This document shows, piece by piece, positions 1 through 12,562 of a stretch of 64,000 bases of DNA (positions within the stretch are counted from its first letter, which is position 1; every line of letters begins with the position of its first letter). This stretch comes from Mobula hypostoma. Taxonomy: Eukaryota. The notes below the pieces were generated by a model, which was given only the letters and a program-made list of their open reading frames with translations, was not told the origin of the DNA and did not search any database. The stretch is taken from NCBI RefSeq assembly GCF_963921235.1, contig NC_086108.1, positions 52,640,001-52,704,000 on the forward strand, written 5' to 3'. The position numbers and the translations under genes were made by a program.

Positions 1-28
1 TAAATTGTCCTGGGATTAGGCTAGGGTT

Positions 29-922
29 TGTGACAAGAATACACATAGATTAAGATGTAGCTGTCCTGTGCTGGCACCAGTGGGATCAGCAGTTGGTCTG
101 CCACCTGTCTTCAGGAGAGAGATAAGGAAAACAATGGAGCAGCATTTGGAGATGTGTAATGAAGGGACGGGAGAGAGAGTAACAGAAGGAGCGAGCTGTC
201 AAGATCGGCTCACCCTTTGAACCCTGAACTGTTTGAAGTGATGGACAGGCGATACCCCAGCAGGGGGATAAAAAGGGACAGGTTTGCTAAGGCAGGACAC
301 ACACACACGACACCCGAGGTAACGAGACCCTGGAAGCGGTGCGAATCTCACAAGTCGGTGGGAAGTTTTGGAAGGCCGGTTGCGGGACCAGGCCATAGAC
401 GCACAGGGTGGAAAGGCACGATCGGCGGGAACCTGGTGTGTGTCCACCCTTGCCTGGGTGCCAGGTTCACCGCAGAGAAACGATCGTATCTGGAAACGGA
501 GGGGGTCACAGTTGGTGACCTCAGATGACATCACAAAGGACTCGCCCGAAAGCTGACTGCGAAGGTCTGTGTGGAAGCCTTGAATATTCATTCGTTTTGC
601 TCTCTCTCTCCTTCCCCCACACTGTCCATTTCCCACGGCAGCGATTACTGCGAACTGAACTGAACTAAATTGAACTGAACTTTGCATCACTTTGAAACTG
701 GTCATTTACCCCTAGACAACGATTGAGCTTGATTGATCCTGTTATCAGAATTCTGTGTACATGTATGTTTATCATTGCTGAACTGTTGCATTCATTATCC
801 TTTTGATTAGAGTACTGTGTTGCTTGTTTCTTTAATAAAACTTTCTTAGTTCTAGTAATCCAGATTCCAACTGAGTGATCCACTTCTGCTGATTTGGCAA
901 CCCAGTTACGGGGTACGTAACA
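29..922. mobile_element. Solo LTR (TG...CA) with 4-bp TSD, inserted in a SINE-like 3' end
   Basis: Begins TGTGAC, ends GTAACA; GGTT duplicated at 25-28 and 923-926; internal AATAAA near 834; flanks join into one SINE-like sequence. Confidence 0.8.
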
Positions 923-2763
923 GGTTACATTGGGGTTTGCTGGGTGGCATGACTGGAAATGCTGGAAGGGCTTATTCCTGCCTTGTCTCTGAATAAATAA
1001 ACAAACAGATAGATAGATAAAAGTTATTGCAAAAACCTTTGATGGTGACAAGCAGCCAAAGGTTGTCAGGGCAATCCAGGGCAAGACCCCAAATTCTAGG
1101 GCCCAAGACTCGTTCACTACATGGATTGCCATTTCATTGAAATGAGCACCTTCAGGTATGAGGGATCTTCTACATCCAGGCAGACTATTGCTGGTGGAGG
1201 AGCATTGAGGGTGATAAGGAAGAGCAATGGTAGAGTACCAGAATGTTTCTGGCCAATGATTCTCATGGGGAAACTAATTACAGGAATGAGAGAACCCAAA
1301 ATCAACTGGGAAAAGGTTTATGAGAACAGACTCAATCAACAGACAAATTCAAATGAAGACTCTGGCTATCAAATCTAAAATACTAGTGACACAGAAGAAA
1401 GTGCTTACGTAATTAAAAAGCAAAAATCAACAACCTTACCCTAAAGAAACTCTGATTGTTCTGTTGGACTATGTCCTGGTTATAAGAACAACTTATAATT
1501 AGCTAGGAATTCCAACAATATTGGACACAGTGCTGTGCCTATGAACCAATTATGCTAGCCAAACATGAGAAGTGAAGCTCTGATGTGCACCTTTACAAAG
1601 TTCGGATGTCTGTTGAAATATTGCCTGCTATAATAATACAACTACATATGATATACCAGGTAAAACTTGGGTGTTGAAGAGGTCGATAACTTTGAGACTT
1701 TATACTGAAATGGAGAAATTTCTGACAGCCTTATGAAACACTGCATTGTATACCCTGAATGATGTATAGATTGTACACATAGCTGACGAAGGAAACATGC
1801 TGATCCTTGCATCGATCAGTCATGCCTACATGAACTAATGTTGCAAAGATTAATGCACTCACATATCCAGCTGTCATACATAGTCTGTGCTAAAACTATC
1901 AAAACATAAGCACTCATGATTGCTTTCAGCTTTATTAATCTATGGCAACAATAGACAAATTATTAATGTTATTATTAAACCTAAAGATGACTGTATTCTT
2001 ATTCTTAAATTTAATCTGAAGGCTTAAGTACCACTCAGTTTGAGATCCCTATATACAGTAAACATGCAATTTCCATACTTGCTGCCTACACTAAGGTTTT
2101 CCTGAATGTGCTCCAACAATGGGGCCGTCCTAGCATCCGGCAATGCTGCAGGTTCTTGATGCAACCCCTCAACCATTGCCATTTGAGCCCATCCATTTCA
2201 ATGCAAAGGAGAATGCAAAGCTTCTAATTCACATCTTTAAGTTGAATTTAATTATATTGTTCAATTGTTTTTTAATATTTTTATTAACTTAAACATTTGT
2301 TTTGTTTTTTAATAGTTCTGAATATTTCTGAAATATCCTTGACAATTGACAAAACCTAGATGCAAACTGTCAACTGCTTTGTGAGTTCTTCTGCTCTATC
2401 AACATGAGGGCACTGCTTTACTGTTTTATATCAACACAACTTTCAAAAGAATTCTAGTTAAGATTGAAGCAGAGTTATCGTTAAACCACTATTTTCTTTC
2501 AAACAAACTCACAAATGTTCATAGAACTAATCTGGTCACAGAAGGCAAGCTGAACATTTTTCATTCATTGATCTGCAAGACATTTATCTTTTGTTTCCTC
2601 TATCTTCTGTTCTGGCTCAATTGACATTTTGTTGTTTTTTTTTAACAAGTGTTATGTTGCTATTGTCACAGAGAATCATTCTTATCAACACCAGTGAAAT
2701 TCAAAGCCTGATACCTGAGATGCAAGGATGAACAAGTCAATATCTTTATCACATCATATTTCA

Positions 2764-2952
<189 letters not shown>

Positions 2953-3811
2953 CTACATTGGAGAGAATAAGGAGAGTGAAAAGTTAATGTTAACCTGTGT
3001 CTGGACACAATACTTTTTGTTAGAGGAGGTAGGATTCTAAGTTATTTGCACAAATTATGTTGCCTTATGAATCTTGTGTAAGGGAAGCAGCTCCCTACAG
3101 TTAAATAACTGAGATCAAGATATGCATGGTCAGAGAGAAATCATTTCTGCCATAACCCCATCACATCTTTTATTTCTGCACAGCGAGGGAGGAGTAGAAA
3201 GAAATGATGGAATGGGGTGCAAAATAAAATTGTCACAGATACTTTAAAAAAAATCAGCATTTAGAGATAGAAGAGAAAAAAAAAGACAACTTTAAACAGG
3301 AATTACAGCAACATCAGACAAGGGTGGGTACCTGAAAGAAGGATTTGCAAAATATCCCAATGAAAATTACGATGCTTACATTGGGCATCGTTTGAGTAAT
3401 ACAGGAGACCAAAGACTGAGAAGTGAGAGTGGGCATAAAATGCAAAATTAAAGTGACAGGCTACAGAAAATGCTGGGTCATTCTTGCACACTGAATGGAG
3501 GTGTCCTGCAAAGCAGTCACTCAATATCCATGAAGTTTCTTCAGTGTGTAGAAGGGACCACATCCTGAGCAGCAAATGCCAGGGAATAATTGTTTTGATC
3601 TCCAAGAAATATTTAGGTCCCTGGATGGTAGGAAAGGAAGAGATGAAAAGGCACATGTCATATCTCTCTTGGTTATATGGAAAACTGCAAAAGGGAGATG
3701 ATTCATGGAACAGCCAAACAGGGAGTCATGGAGGTAATTGTTCCTTTGAAATGCTGAAAGGGGAGGGAAGGGAAAATGTGTCTGCCGTTGAAACCTTGTT
3801 AAAGGTGGCAG

Positions 3812-4945
3812 AAAATGTCCAAGTCACTGAATATTCCTTGGAGTACAGTTAAATCAATCATCAAGAAATGGAAAAAAGATGGAACAGCTGTAAATCTGCC
3901 TAGAACAGGCCGTCCTCAAAAACTGAGTGACTGCAAGAAGCGGACTAGTGAGGAGACTACCAAGAGACCTATGACAACTCTGGAGGAGTTACAAGCTTCA
4001 GTGGCTGAGATGGGAGAGACTGTTCATACAACAACTGTTGCCTGGGTGCTTCACCAGTCGCGGATTTATGGGAGGGTGGCAAAGGGAAAGCCACTGTTGA
4101 AAAAAACTCACATGAAATCTCAGCCAGAGTTTGCCAGAAGGCATGTGGGAGACTCTGAAGGCAGCTGGAAGAAGGTTCTATGGTCTGATGAAATCAAAAT
4201 TGAGCTTTTTGGCCATCAGACTAAATACTATGTTTGGTGTAAGCAAATCATCAAAAACACACCATCCCGACTATGAAGCGTGTGGTGGCTGCATTGTGTT
4301 GTGTGGATGCTTCACTGCAGCAGGCCCTGGAAGGCTTGTGAAAGTAGAGGGTAAAATGAATGCAGCAAAATACAGGGAAATCCTGGAGGAAAAGCTGATG
4401 CAGTCTGCAAGAGAACTGTGACTTGGGGGAAGATTTGTTTTCCAGCAAGACAATGACTTCAAACATAAAGCCAAAGCTACACAGGAATGGCTTAAAAACA
4501 ACAAAGTTAATGCCCTGGAGTGGCCAAGTCAGAATCCAGACTTCAATCCAACTGAGAATTTGTGGCTGGACTTGAAAAGGGCACGATTCCCATACAATCT
4601 GACAGAGCAAGAGCAATTTTGTAAAGGAGAACAGGGGAAAAGTGTCCAGATGTGCAAAGCTGATACAGACCTATCCACACAAGGCTGTATTGCTGCCAAA
4701 GGTGTATCGACTAAATACTGATTTGAAGAGGGTGTATACTCATGCAATCAATTATTTTGTGATTTATGTTTGTAATTAATTTAGATCAGTTTGTAGAGAT
4801 CTGTCTTCACTTTGACACGAAATAATTTTTTTCTGTTGATCAGTGTCAAAAAAGCCAAATTAAATCCACTGTGATTCAATGTTGTAATATAATACAGCAT
4901 GAAAACTTCTGGGGGGGGGGGTGAACACTTTTTATAGGCACTGTA
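3812..4945 (+). mobile_element. 5'-truncated Tc1/mariner transposon with disrupted transposase
   Basis: ORFs 3815..4276 and 4131..4421 contain the GRPQKL motif, WKKVLWSDE and KMNAAKYREIL; FQQDND and SPDFNP-like motifs follow; right end ...ATAGGCACTG followed by TA. Confidence 0.9.
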
Positions 4946-5156
4946 GGGTAATTTGCATTCGCTGCATGCCATTTCTTGTCAATCAAATAGTCTGCTTATA
5001 CTCACTCACCACGCTCACGCAGAGGAATAAGAAATGATGAAGTATAAAAGCTTTAGAGCCTTTGCAGAGAATAGGTGTTGATCAAACAGTATTTGCATAG
5101 AGAGTGTTAATTTCCTTGAATTCTCTCTTTGAACCTGGAATAATCAGTTAAGATCA

Positions 5157-5321
<165 letters not shown>

Positions 5322-5589
5322 TCACATAAAATATTATTTACTCACATTAAGTTCCATGTGAAATGTATTATTAAACAATATCAGCAAGCTTCAGTAATTA
5401 AAGATGGTTCCACCATTCAATAGTTAATTCCTACTACCTCATCTGGTATTTGGTTGTAAATATTAGTTATATAATTAGTTCATCCCAGATATGCCCTATA
5501 ATTGAATTAAAAGCCCACCAGACTGATAGGAAAATGTCCGCATCACTAATAACTACCAATTCATTCCTTGGAAAATATGTTTATATTCA

Positions 5590-7000
5590 TGAAGCCTAGA
5601 TCATAAGACCATAAGATATAGGAGCAAATCAGGCCATTTTGCCCATACAGTCTGCTCCGCAATTTCATCATGGCTGATCCATTTTTCATCCTTTCGAATT
5701 TTGTCCGCCTTTTACATTGCAACTCATCCTGTTGACTGCAATTTTGCCCTGTCAATAGCTTCTCCCCACTACACACTGCCTCTGTTTGTAAACCAGTTAC
5801 CTCATCTTCAGCACTATCACTCCAGTTCCCATCTCCCTGCCAAATTAGTTTAACCTCCCCCCCCCCGAGCAACTCTCACCAACCTGCCTGCAAGGACATT
5901 GGACCCCCTCCGGTTCAGGTGTAATCCGTCCCTTCTGTACAGGTTGTACCTTCCCCTGAGGAGATCCCAATGATCCATAAGTCTGAAACCCTGCTCCCTG
6001 CACCAGTTCTTCAGCCACGCATTCACCTGCCAAACTGTCCTATTCTTACCCTTGTGGCACAGGCAGCAACAGAGATTACTACCCTGGAGGTTCTGTTTCT
6101 CAGCTTTCTACCTAGCTTCCCAAAATCTCTCTTCAGGTCCTCCTCACCTTGTCTACCTATGTCATTGGTACCCATATGCACCAAGACTTCTGGCTGCTCA
6201 CCCTCACCCTTGAGAATGCCGTGGACCCGATCTGAGCTATCCCTGATCCTTGCACCAGGGAGGCAACATACCATCCGGGTAACTCTATCACACCCACAGA
6301 ACTCGTCTCTGTTCCTCTGATGAAGGAATCTCCTCTCAACACTGCAGTCCTCTTCACCTCTCTGCTCTTCTGAGCCACAGCACCAGACACCTGGTCACTG
6401 TGGCTCCCCCCAGTAGGCTACCCACCCCCCCCCAATAGTATCTAAAGTTGTATACTTGTGATTGAGGGAAATGGCCCCAAGTGTACTCTGCATTAGCTGT
6501 GCATTTCCCTCCTTCTCCTGACAGTTACTCAGTTACCTATCTCCTACAATGTACCTCCCCGTAGCTCCTGTCTATCACTTCCTCATTCTCCCACGAGTCG
6601 AAGGTCACTGAGCTTCAGCTCTACTTCCTTAATGCGTTCTCTCAGGAGCTGCAGCTCAGCGCACCTGGTGCAGACGTGTTCATCTGGGAGACCTCCAGTC
6701 TCCCAGACTTCCCATATCCCACATACAGTACAAAACACTACCCCTGCAGCTGTTCTCATGACACTACTATGTCCTAACAGATAACGATGAACAAATTAAA
6801 ACAGAAAGAGAGAAACCTACCAAATATTTAACCTTTCCCAAGCCTGATCTCTCCTAAGCCTGATGAGCCAAAGCCACTTTAAACACTGGCACACTCAAAA
6901 GAATGGCCACTCCATTTTATTGGCCCTTTCTAAGGAATCCTTCTTGCTGATTGGTTGCCCCTCAACTCAGAGAAACTGCCGTGAAGCTCTGCCTTTAAAA
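5590..7000 (-). mobile_element. CR1-type LINE ORF1 (SGNH esterase-like) and flanking LINE fragments
   Basis: ORF 6023..6274 CCLPGARIRD...VHMGTNDIG...LRNRTSRVVIS, typical of the CR1 ORF1 esterase. Confidence 0.75.
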
Positions 7001-7192
7001 TCTCGATCACCGTCCTGACTGAAAGCAATCTCTTTTCACACAGCCGTGACGTCAATATGATTTGATTGTAATGCATTCCACAGCTCAAAAAGCTGCACAT
7101 CAATAAAGGTTTCACATTAAAATAGTCAGTCAGGGAAGCTGTTGGAAGAATCTCTGAGTTAAAGACTCTAAGAGGGAAGGAGGGTGAGACTG

Positions 7193-7805
7193 TAGACATC
7201 CCACCCTGTAAAAACTCACTTCAGGGAGGTAGCACCATCAATTTGCGGGAGACTTCCGGGAGAGGTGGGATGTCTGCAATAGAGTAGCTCCTTAGCAGCA
7301 GGCCAGCGAGTTTAAATAATGTTAGCTAAGCTAATGAACGAATGACACCTGATAAACTCACCTCAACACGTTTTCTACATTTTAACCCACCATGGGCAAT
7401 AGAAAAGTCACTATTGTAAACAGTGCCGCGAGCAACACTGTCATTATTTTTGACCCTTATTAGGCAGGGATACACTTTAGTGTAGTCTGGGGTAACGTAC
7501 GTTTTATATTTTTTTGGAGAACACTGCCATGGCGCACTCTCACTCACGCTCTCTCTCTTTCTCGTGGTCGCTCCAGCGCTTTCACTTGCTTTCTCTCTCG
7601 CTTGCATGCTCCCGCTTGCTTTCGCTCTCACTCTCGCGCTCTCTCTCTCTCCCGTGGTCGCTCTCACGCTCTCTCTTGCTTGCTTTCTCTCGCTTGCTCT
7701 CAAAAAAATTGATTTCTGTGATATTGTATATAATTTGCAGGCATCAGGGTGCCACTATTAATATGCGGGAGACTCCCGGAAGTTCCGGGAGGAGTGGGAT
7801 GTCTG
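7193..7805. mobile_element. Non-autonomous DNA transposon with TIR (C/T)AGACATCCCAC and 6-bp TSD AGACTG
   Basis: TIRs at 7193 and 7794-7805; AGACTG at 7187-7192 and 7806-7811; internal CT-rich low-complexity tract. Confidence 0.8.
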
Positions 7806-8935
7806 AGACTGGCAAAAATAATGCATTAATTGCTTGAAGTATTTACTGGTTTGTGCAACCCATTTTCATACTCATGAGCACTGGTACTGATTTTTTTTTT
7901 ACAAATCAAAGCAGTTCTTTAATATGAAGTAAATTATAGTTGGTCTGTCAAAGGGCAAGTTTTCCAAGCACTGATATCACAGAGCCTCACTTAGAAAAGT
8001 TGCATATTACAGATTTGTAAACTTATTCCCCAAGATTCCATATTCATTTACAAATGGAGCATTGAAAGAATCTTGCAAACATTTCCAAGTATAAATTGGT
8101 AGAAGGGGAAGCTTCTTTCAGAAAATAAACCTATTAAAAATGTATAAGCATTCTGCAAAGAATTTATAGTCTTTAAAAACAACTGGAAAGAGAAACTAAA
8201 TGATTTCACCATACTGTGAACTCAAAAGCACGACATGTCATTGACCATAACTACACAGAACTCATGCACTCTCTGGCATACTGTATAACTGGTGATGAAA
8301 TCCTCAGTAAGTCACCTCAGTGATCAGCTATTTCACAGCCATGCTTATTCAATAACTAACACTTAGTTTTGCCATCAACCATTTCTGAATACTTTTTCAA
8401 CCAAAGGAAAAACAATTCCATTATCGTATCTCACCCCAACACGTCTACTCTTGTTAAAGATCTCAATGTCACAATGCCAGATTTCACAATGAGATATAAT
8501 TGATCAGTTATAGAGTACTGTAAATTTACTGTAAAGTTGTCTAAATTAACAATTTAAGATTTTGGTAGATATAATATTGAAAGAATTTTCATATACTAAA
8601 GCAAATACTCATTTTTATTCAACTATTTAAAATTGTATAAAAATATGTTCAAGCTCCGAGATCTTTAACAAGAGTAGACGATTCATGTTGGACCCAATAA
8701 TTACTGACCACACATAAAACAAACCCATAGTTTACCCCACAGAATGCAGAGATCTAACATGTTTGATGAGGCTATGACAATGAAAAAAAATTGGAAAATG
8801 ATTTATTCCTAAAAGAGAAATACAAATTTTAAAAAAGTTCTTGCAATAAAATAGAAAAAAATTCTGAAAAAACAGCAGCAAATGAGGAACCAGGAAGTGC
8901 CTCTGAAGAGCAAATCAAAGCTGATGTTTCAGGTT

Positions 8936-9905
8936 AACATAAAACAAACATAGAAAATAGGTGCAGAAGTAGGTCATTCGGCCCTTCGGCCCTTCAAGCC
9001 TGCACTGCCATTCAGTATGATCATGGCTGATCATCCAACTCAGAACCTGCCTTCTCTCCATCCCCTGATCCCTTTAGCCACAAGGGCCATATCTAACTCC
9101 CTCTTAAACATAGCCAGTGAACTGGCCTCAACTGTTTCCTGTGGCAGAGAATTCCACAGATTCACCACTCTCTGTGTGAAGAAGTTTTTCCTCATCTCAG
9201 TCCTAAAAGGCTTCCGCTTTATCCTCAGACTGTGACCCCTCATTCTGGACTTCTCCAACATCAGGAACAATCTTCCTGCATCTAGCCTGTCCAATCCCTT
9301 TAGAATTTTATACGTTTCAATAAGATCCCCCCTCAATCTTCTAAATTCCAGCCAGTATAAGCCTAGTTGATCCAGTCTTTCTTCATATGAAAGTCCTGCC
9401 ATCCCAGGAATCAATCTGGTGAACCTTCTTTGTACTCCTTCTATGGCAAGAATGTCTTTCTTCAGATTAGGGGACCAAAACTGCACACAATACTCCAGGT
9501 GTGGTCTCACCAATGCCTTGTACAACTGTAGTAGTACCTCCCTGCTTCTGTACTCAAATCCTCTTGCTATGAATGCCAGCATACCATTCGCCTTTTTCAC
9601 CGCCTGCTGTACCTGCATGCCCACTTTCAATGACTGGTGTACAATGACACCCAGGTCTCATTGCATCTCCCCTTTTCCTAATCAGCCACCATTCAGATAA
9701 CAATCTGTTTTCCTGTTTTTGCCACATAACCTCACATTTATCCACATTAAATTGCATCTGCCATGAATTTGCCCACTCACCTAACCTATCCAAGTCACCC
9801 TGCATCCTCTTAGCATCCTCCTCACAGCTAACACTGCCGTCCAGCTTTGTGTCATCCGCAAACTTGGAGATGCTGCATTTAATTCCCTTGTCTAAGTCAT
9901 TGATA
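8936..9905 (-). mobile_element. CR1-type LINE 3' fragment (RT C-terminus)
   Basis: ORF 9040..9630 KKANGMLAFIARG...LVRPHLEYCVQFWSP...FFTQRVVNLWNSLP; characteristic 3' tail. Confidence 0.9.
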
Positions 9906-10409
9906 TATATTTATATATTAACATATATATTATATATATATATTTATATTGTGGAAATTCATAAATCAAACATGGTTACAGGGTGAGTGTTGTGGAAAGC
10001 AAACAAAATGTCTCTGATAGGTGGGGGCTGAATGGTACAAGTGGTGGTGGTGCCAGTTGAAAATGGGTTGGGAACAGTGGTTAATTGAAGTTGCATCAAT
10101 AACAATGACCAGGCTATAACAGCATTTTCATAAAGACCCTTCTGGCTCACTACTGTCGTTCAGTCAGGATATCTGTCCTTATCCAGTCTGCCCTATTTGT
10201 GAGCGCATGGTTGATTCTTCCCTTTCTCTTCATTTGAACCCAATTCGAAATGGACAATTACGACAGCTTTACCAGTGGTGTCAACATAACTGTGAATATT
10301 TTTCAATCACTCGAAAGGTATCGTTTCTCTTTTTAGTCCTTATAAAATGAAAAACTAGGCTGAGCAAAAATATTTATGATAAGGCAAATAATTTATGACA
10401 TTTTCTTAC

Positions 10410-10480
10410 CTGTTGTGATATATAACCGCAGTATATGACTCTTTTGTAAATTCCGCACAACTTGATTTTCCAAAAATAAC
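10410..10480 (-). CDS. DOCK7: DOCK7-like internal exon (71 nt)
   Basis: VIFGKSSCAEFTKESYTAVIYHNR, tag/gtaaga flanks. Confidence 0.95.
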
Positions 10481-11387
10481 CTAAAAATGGGTAAGAATCA
10501 TTTCCATCAATTATTGCAAGCCTTTGTTCAATGGTTGTAGTCTTACACAAGCAACTTTAGAAATGATCATGTTATCTAAGCCAACACTCAAAGAGCAGCA
10601 TTGTTAGAGATGCTTCTCAGTAGGCATGGAAGACTCTACTTTCATCTAAATTAAAGTGAGATATGTCCAAACCATTGAGTTTGCTGAAGAATCATTTCCA
10701 ATAATGTTTTGAAAATATTAGTTACCAGCCAAATTCCATGGAAGAGAAAGGCTTAAAACTGAAGACCCCTTTTTTTTCAAAAAAGAAAGCAGTTATGATT
10801 TACATCTCCATAAGATAAAAACTAATTGAAAGGAAAACAAGGGAGCCGGAAATGTGGGTCTAACTTCATTTTTACTTCGCGAGGTATATTGTGGTGGCGT
10901 GATCCACGTGCTATTTCATATTTTTACATATAATCCTTAGTGAATTATTTATAAGAACTAGAATGCTTAATCGAACAATATATTTACATTACTCAAATAG
11001 TACTGAAATATTAAATACACAATGCTCCTTGATTAGCTATACACTTCAACTCAATATAGAATGCAACTCAACTCAAATATGTAACATAATGCTATATTTT
11101 ATATACACACACATACACACGCAATATATTATATAGTACAACTACTATACACATCCACAGCATAGTAAATTTTAAACTGTCCCATTCAGGCCTAAAGATT
11201 TATCGCTGTGGAGGCTTTGTAACTCTTGTGGGATAACGTCTTTCCTGACAAGGGGGTCACTCTGCTTGGCAGGTGAGAATTGTGGCTGTGGAACAATCTC
11301 AGGATCTGGGGCCTCCTCCGTCTGGTTATAAGAGTTGGCTCTGGGATGGCAGGAAGTGACTCTGACAGCTCTGAACACCTTTGTTCT

Positions 11388-11935
11388 CGACATAAAATGC
11401 TGGTGGAACACAGCAGGCCAGGCAGCATCTATAGGAAGTACAGTCAACGTTTCGGGCCGAGACCCTTCGTCAGGACTAACTGAAAGAAGAGATAGTAAGA
11501 CAGTGGGAGGGGGAGGGGAGATCCAAAATGATAGGAGAAGACAGGAGGGGGAAGGATGAGGCTAAGAGCTGCAAAGTTGATTGGTAAAGGGGATACAGAG
11601 CTGGAGAAGGGGGAGGATCATGGGACGGGAGACCTAGGGAGAAAGAAAGGGGGAGGGGAGCCCAGAGGAAGATGGACAGCAGGCAAGGAGAGATTGTGAG
11701 AGGGACAGGCAGAAAAAAAGGAGGGAGGGGGAATAATAAATAAATAAATATGGGATGGGTAAGAAAGGAAGGAGGGGCATTAACGTAAGTTAGAGAAATC
11801 AATGTTCATGCCCATTCTGATATGTCAATCCACGGCCTCCTCTACTGTCAAGATGAAGCCACACTCAGGTTGCAGGAACAACACCTTATATTCTGTCTGG
11901 GTAGCCTCCAACCTGATGGCATGAACATTGATTGC
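11388..11935 (-). mobile_element. Penelope-like element 3' end with an inverted segment and hammerhead motif
   Basis: Matches the 3' end of the Penelope copy at 55836-58390 in reverse; 11811-11935 is the same family in forward orientation. Confidence 0.75.
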
Positions 11936-12562
11936 ATGATGGCATGATGGCCTTCATCAACCGTGGGGTTGAGTTTAAGAGCTGAGAGGTAATGTTGCAG
12001 CTATATAGGACCGCAGTCAGACCCCACTTGGGAGTACTGTGCACAGTTCTGGTCGCCTCACTATAGGAAGGACGTGGAAACCATAGGAACGGTGCAGAGG
12101 AGATTTACAAGGATGTTGTCTGAATTGGGGAGCATGCCTTATGAGAATAGGTTGAGTGAACTTGGCCTTTTCTCCTTAGAGTGACAGAGGATAAGAGGTA
12201 ACTTGATAGAGGCGTACAAGATAATGAGAAGCATTGATCGTGTGGATAGTCAGAGGCTTTTCCCCAGGGCTGAATTGGCTAGCACGAGAGGGCATAGTTT
12301 TAAGGTGCTTGGAAGTAGCTACAGAGGAGATGTCAGAGATAAGTTTTTTTACACAGAGTGGTGAGTTCGTGGAATGGGCTGCCGGCGGCGGTGATGGAGG
12401 CAGAAATCATAGTCTTTTAAGAGAATCCTGGCTGACTACATGGAGCTTAGAAAAATAGAGGGCTATGGGTAAAGCCTAGGTAGTTCTAAGGTAGAGACAT
12501 GTTCAGCACAGCTTTGTGGGCCGAAGGGCCTGTATTGTGCTGTATGTTTTCTATGATTCTAT
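11936..12562 (+). mobile_element. CR1-type LINE 3' fragment
   Basis: VRPHL-EYCAQFWSPHYRKD-like remnants with a frameshift and a ttctatgattctatg tail. Confidence 0.8.

Noticed and set aside
199..1132. Several 100-168 aa ORFs
   Set aside because: They lie within or across the solo LTR and SINE and show no protein motifs
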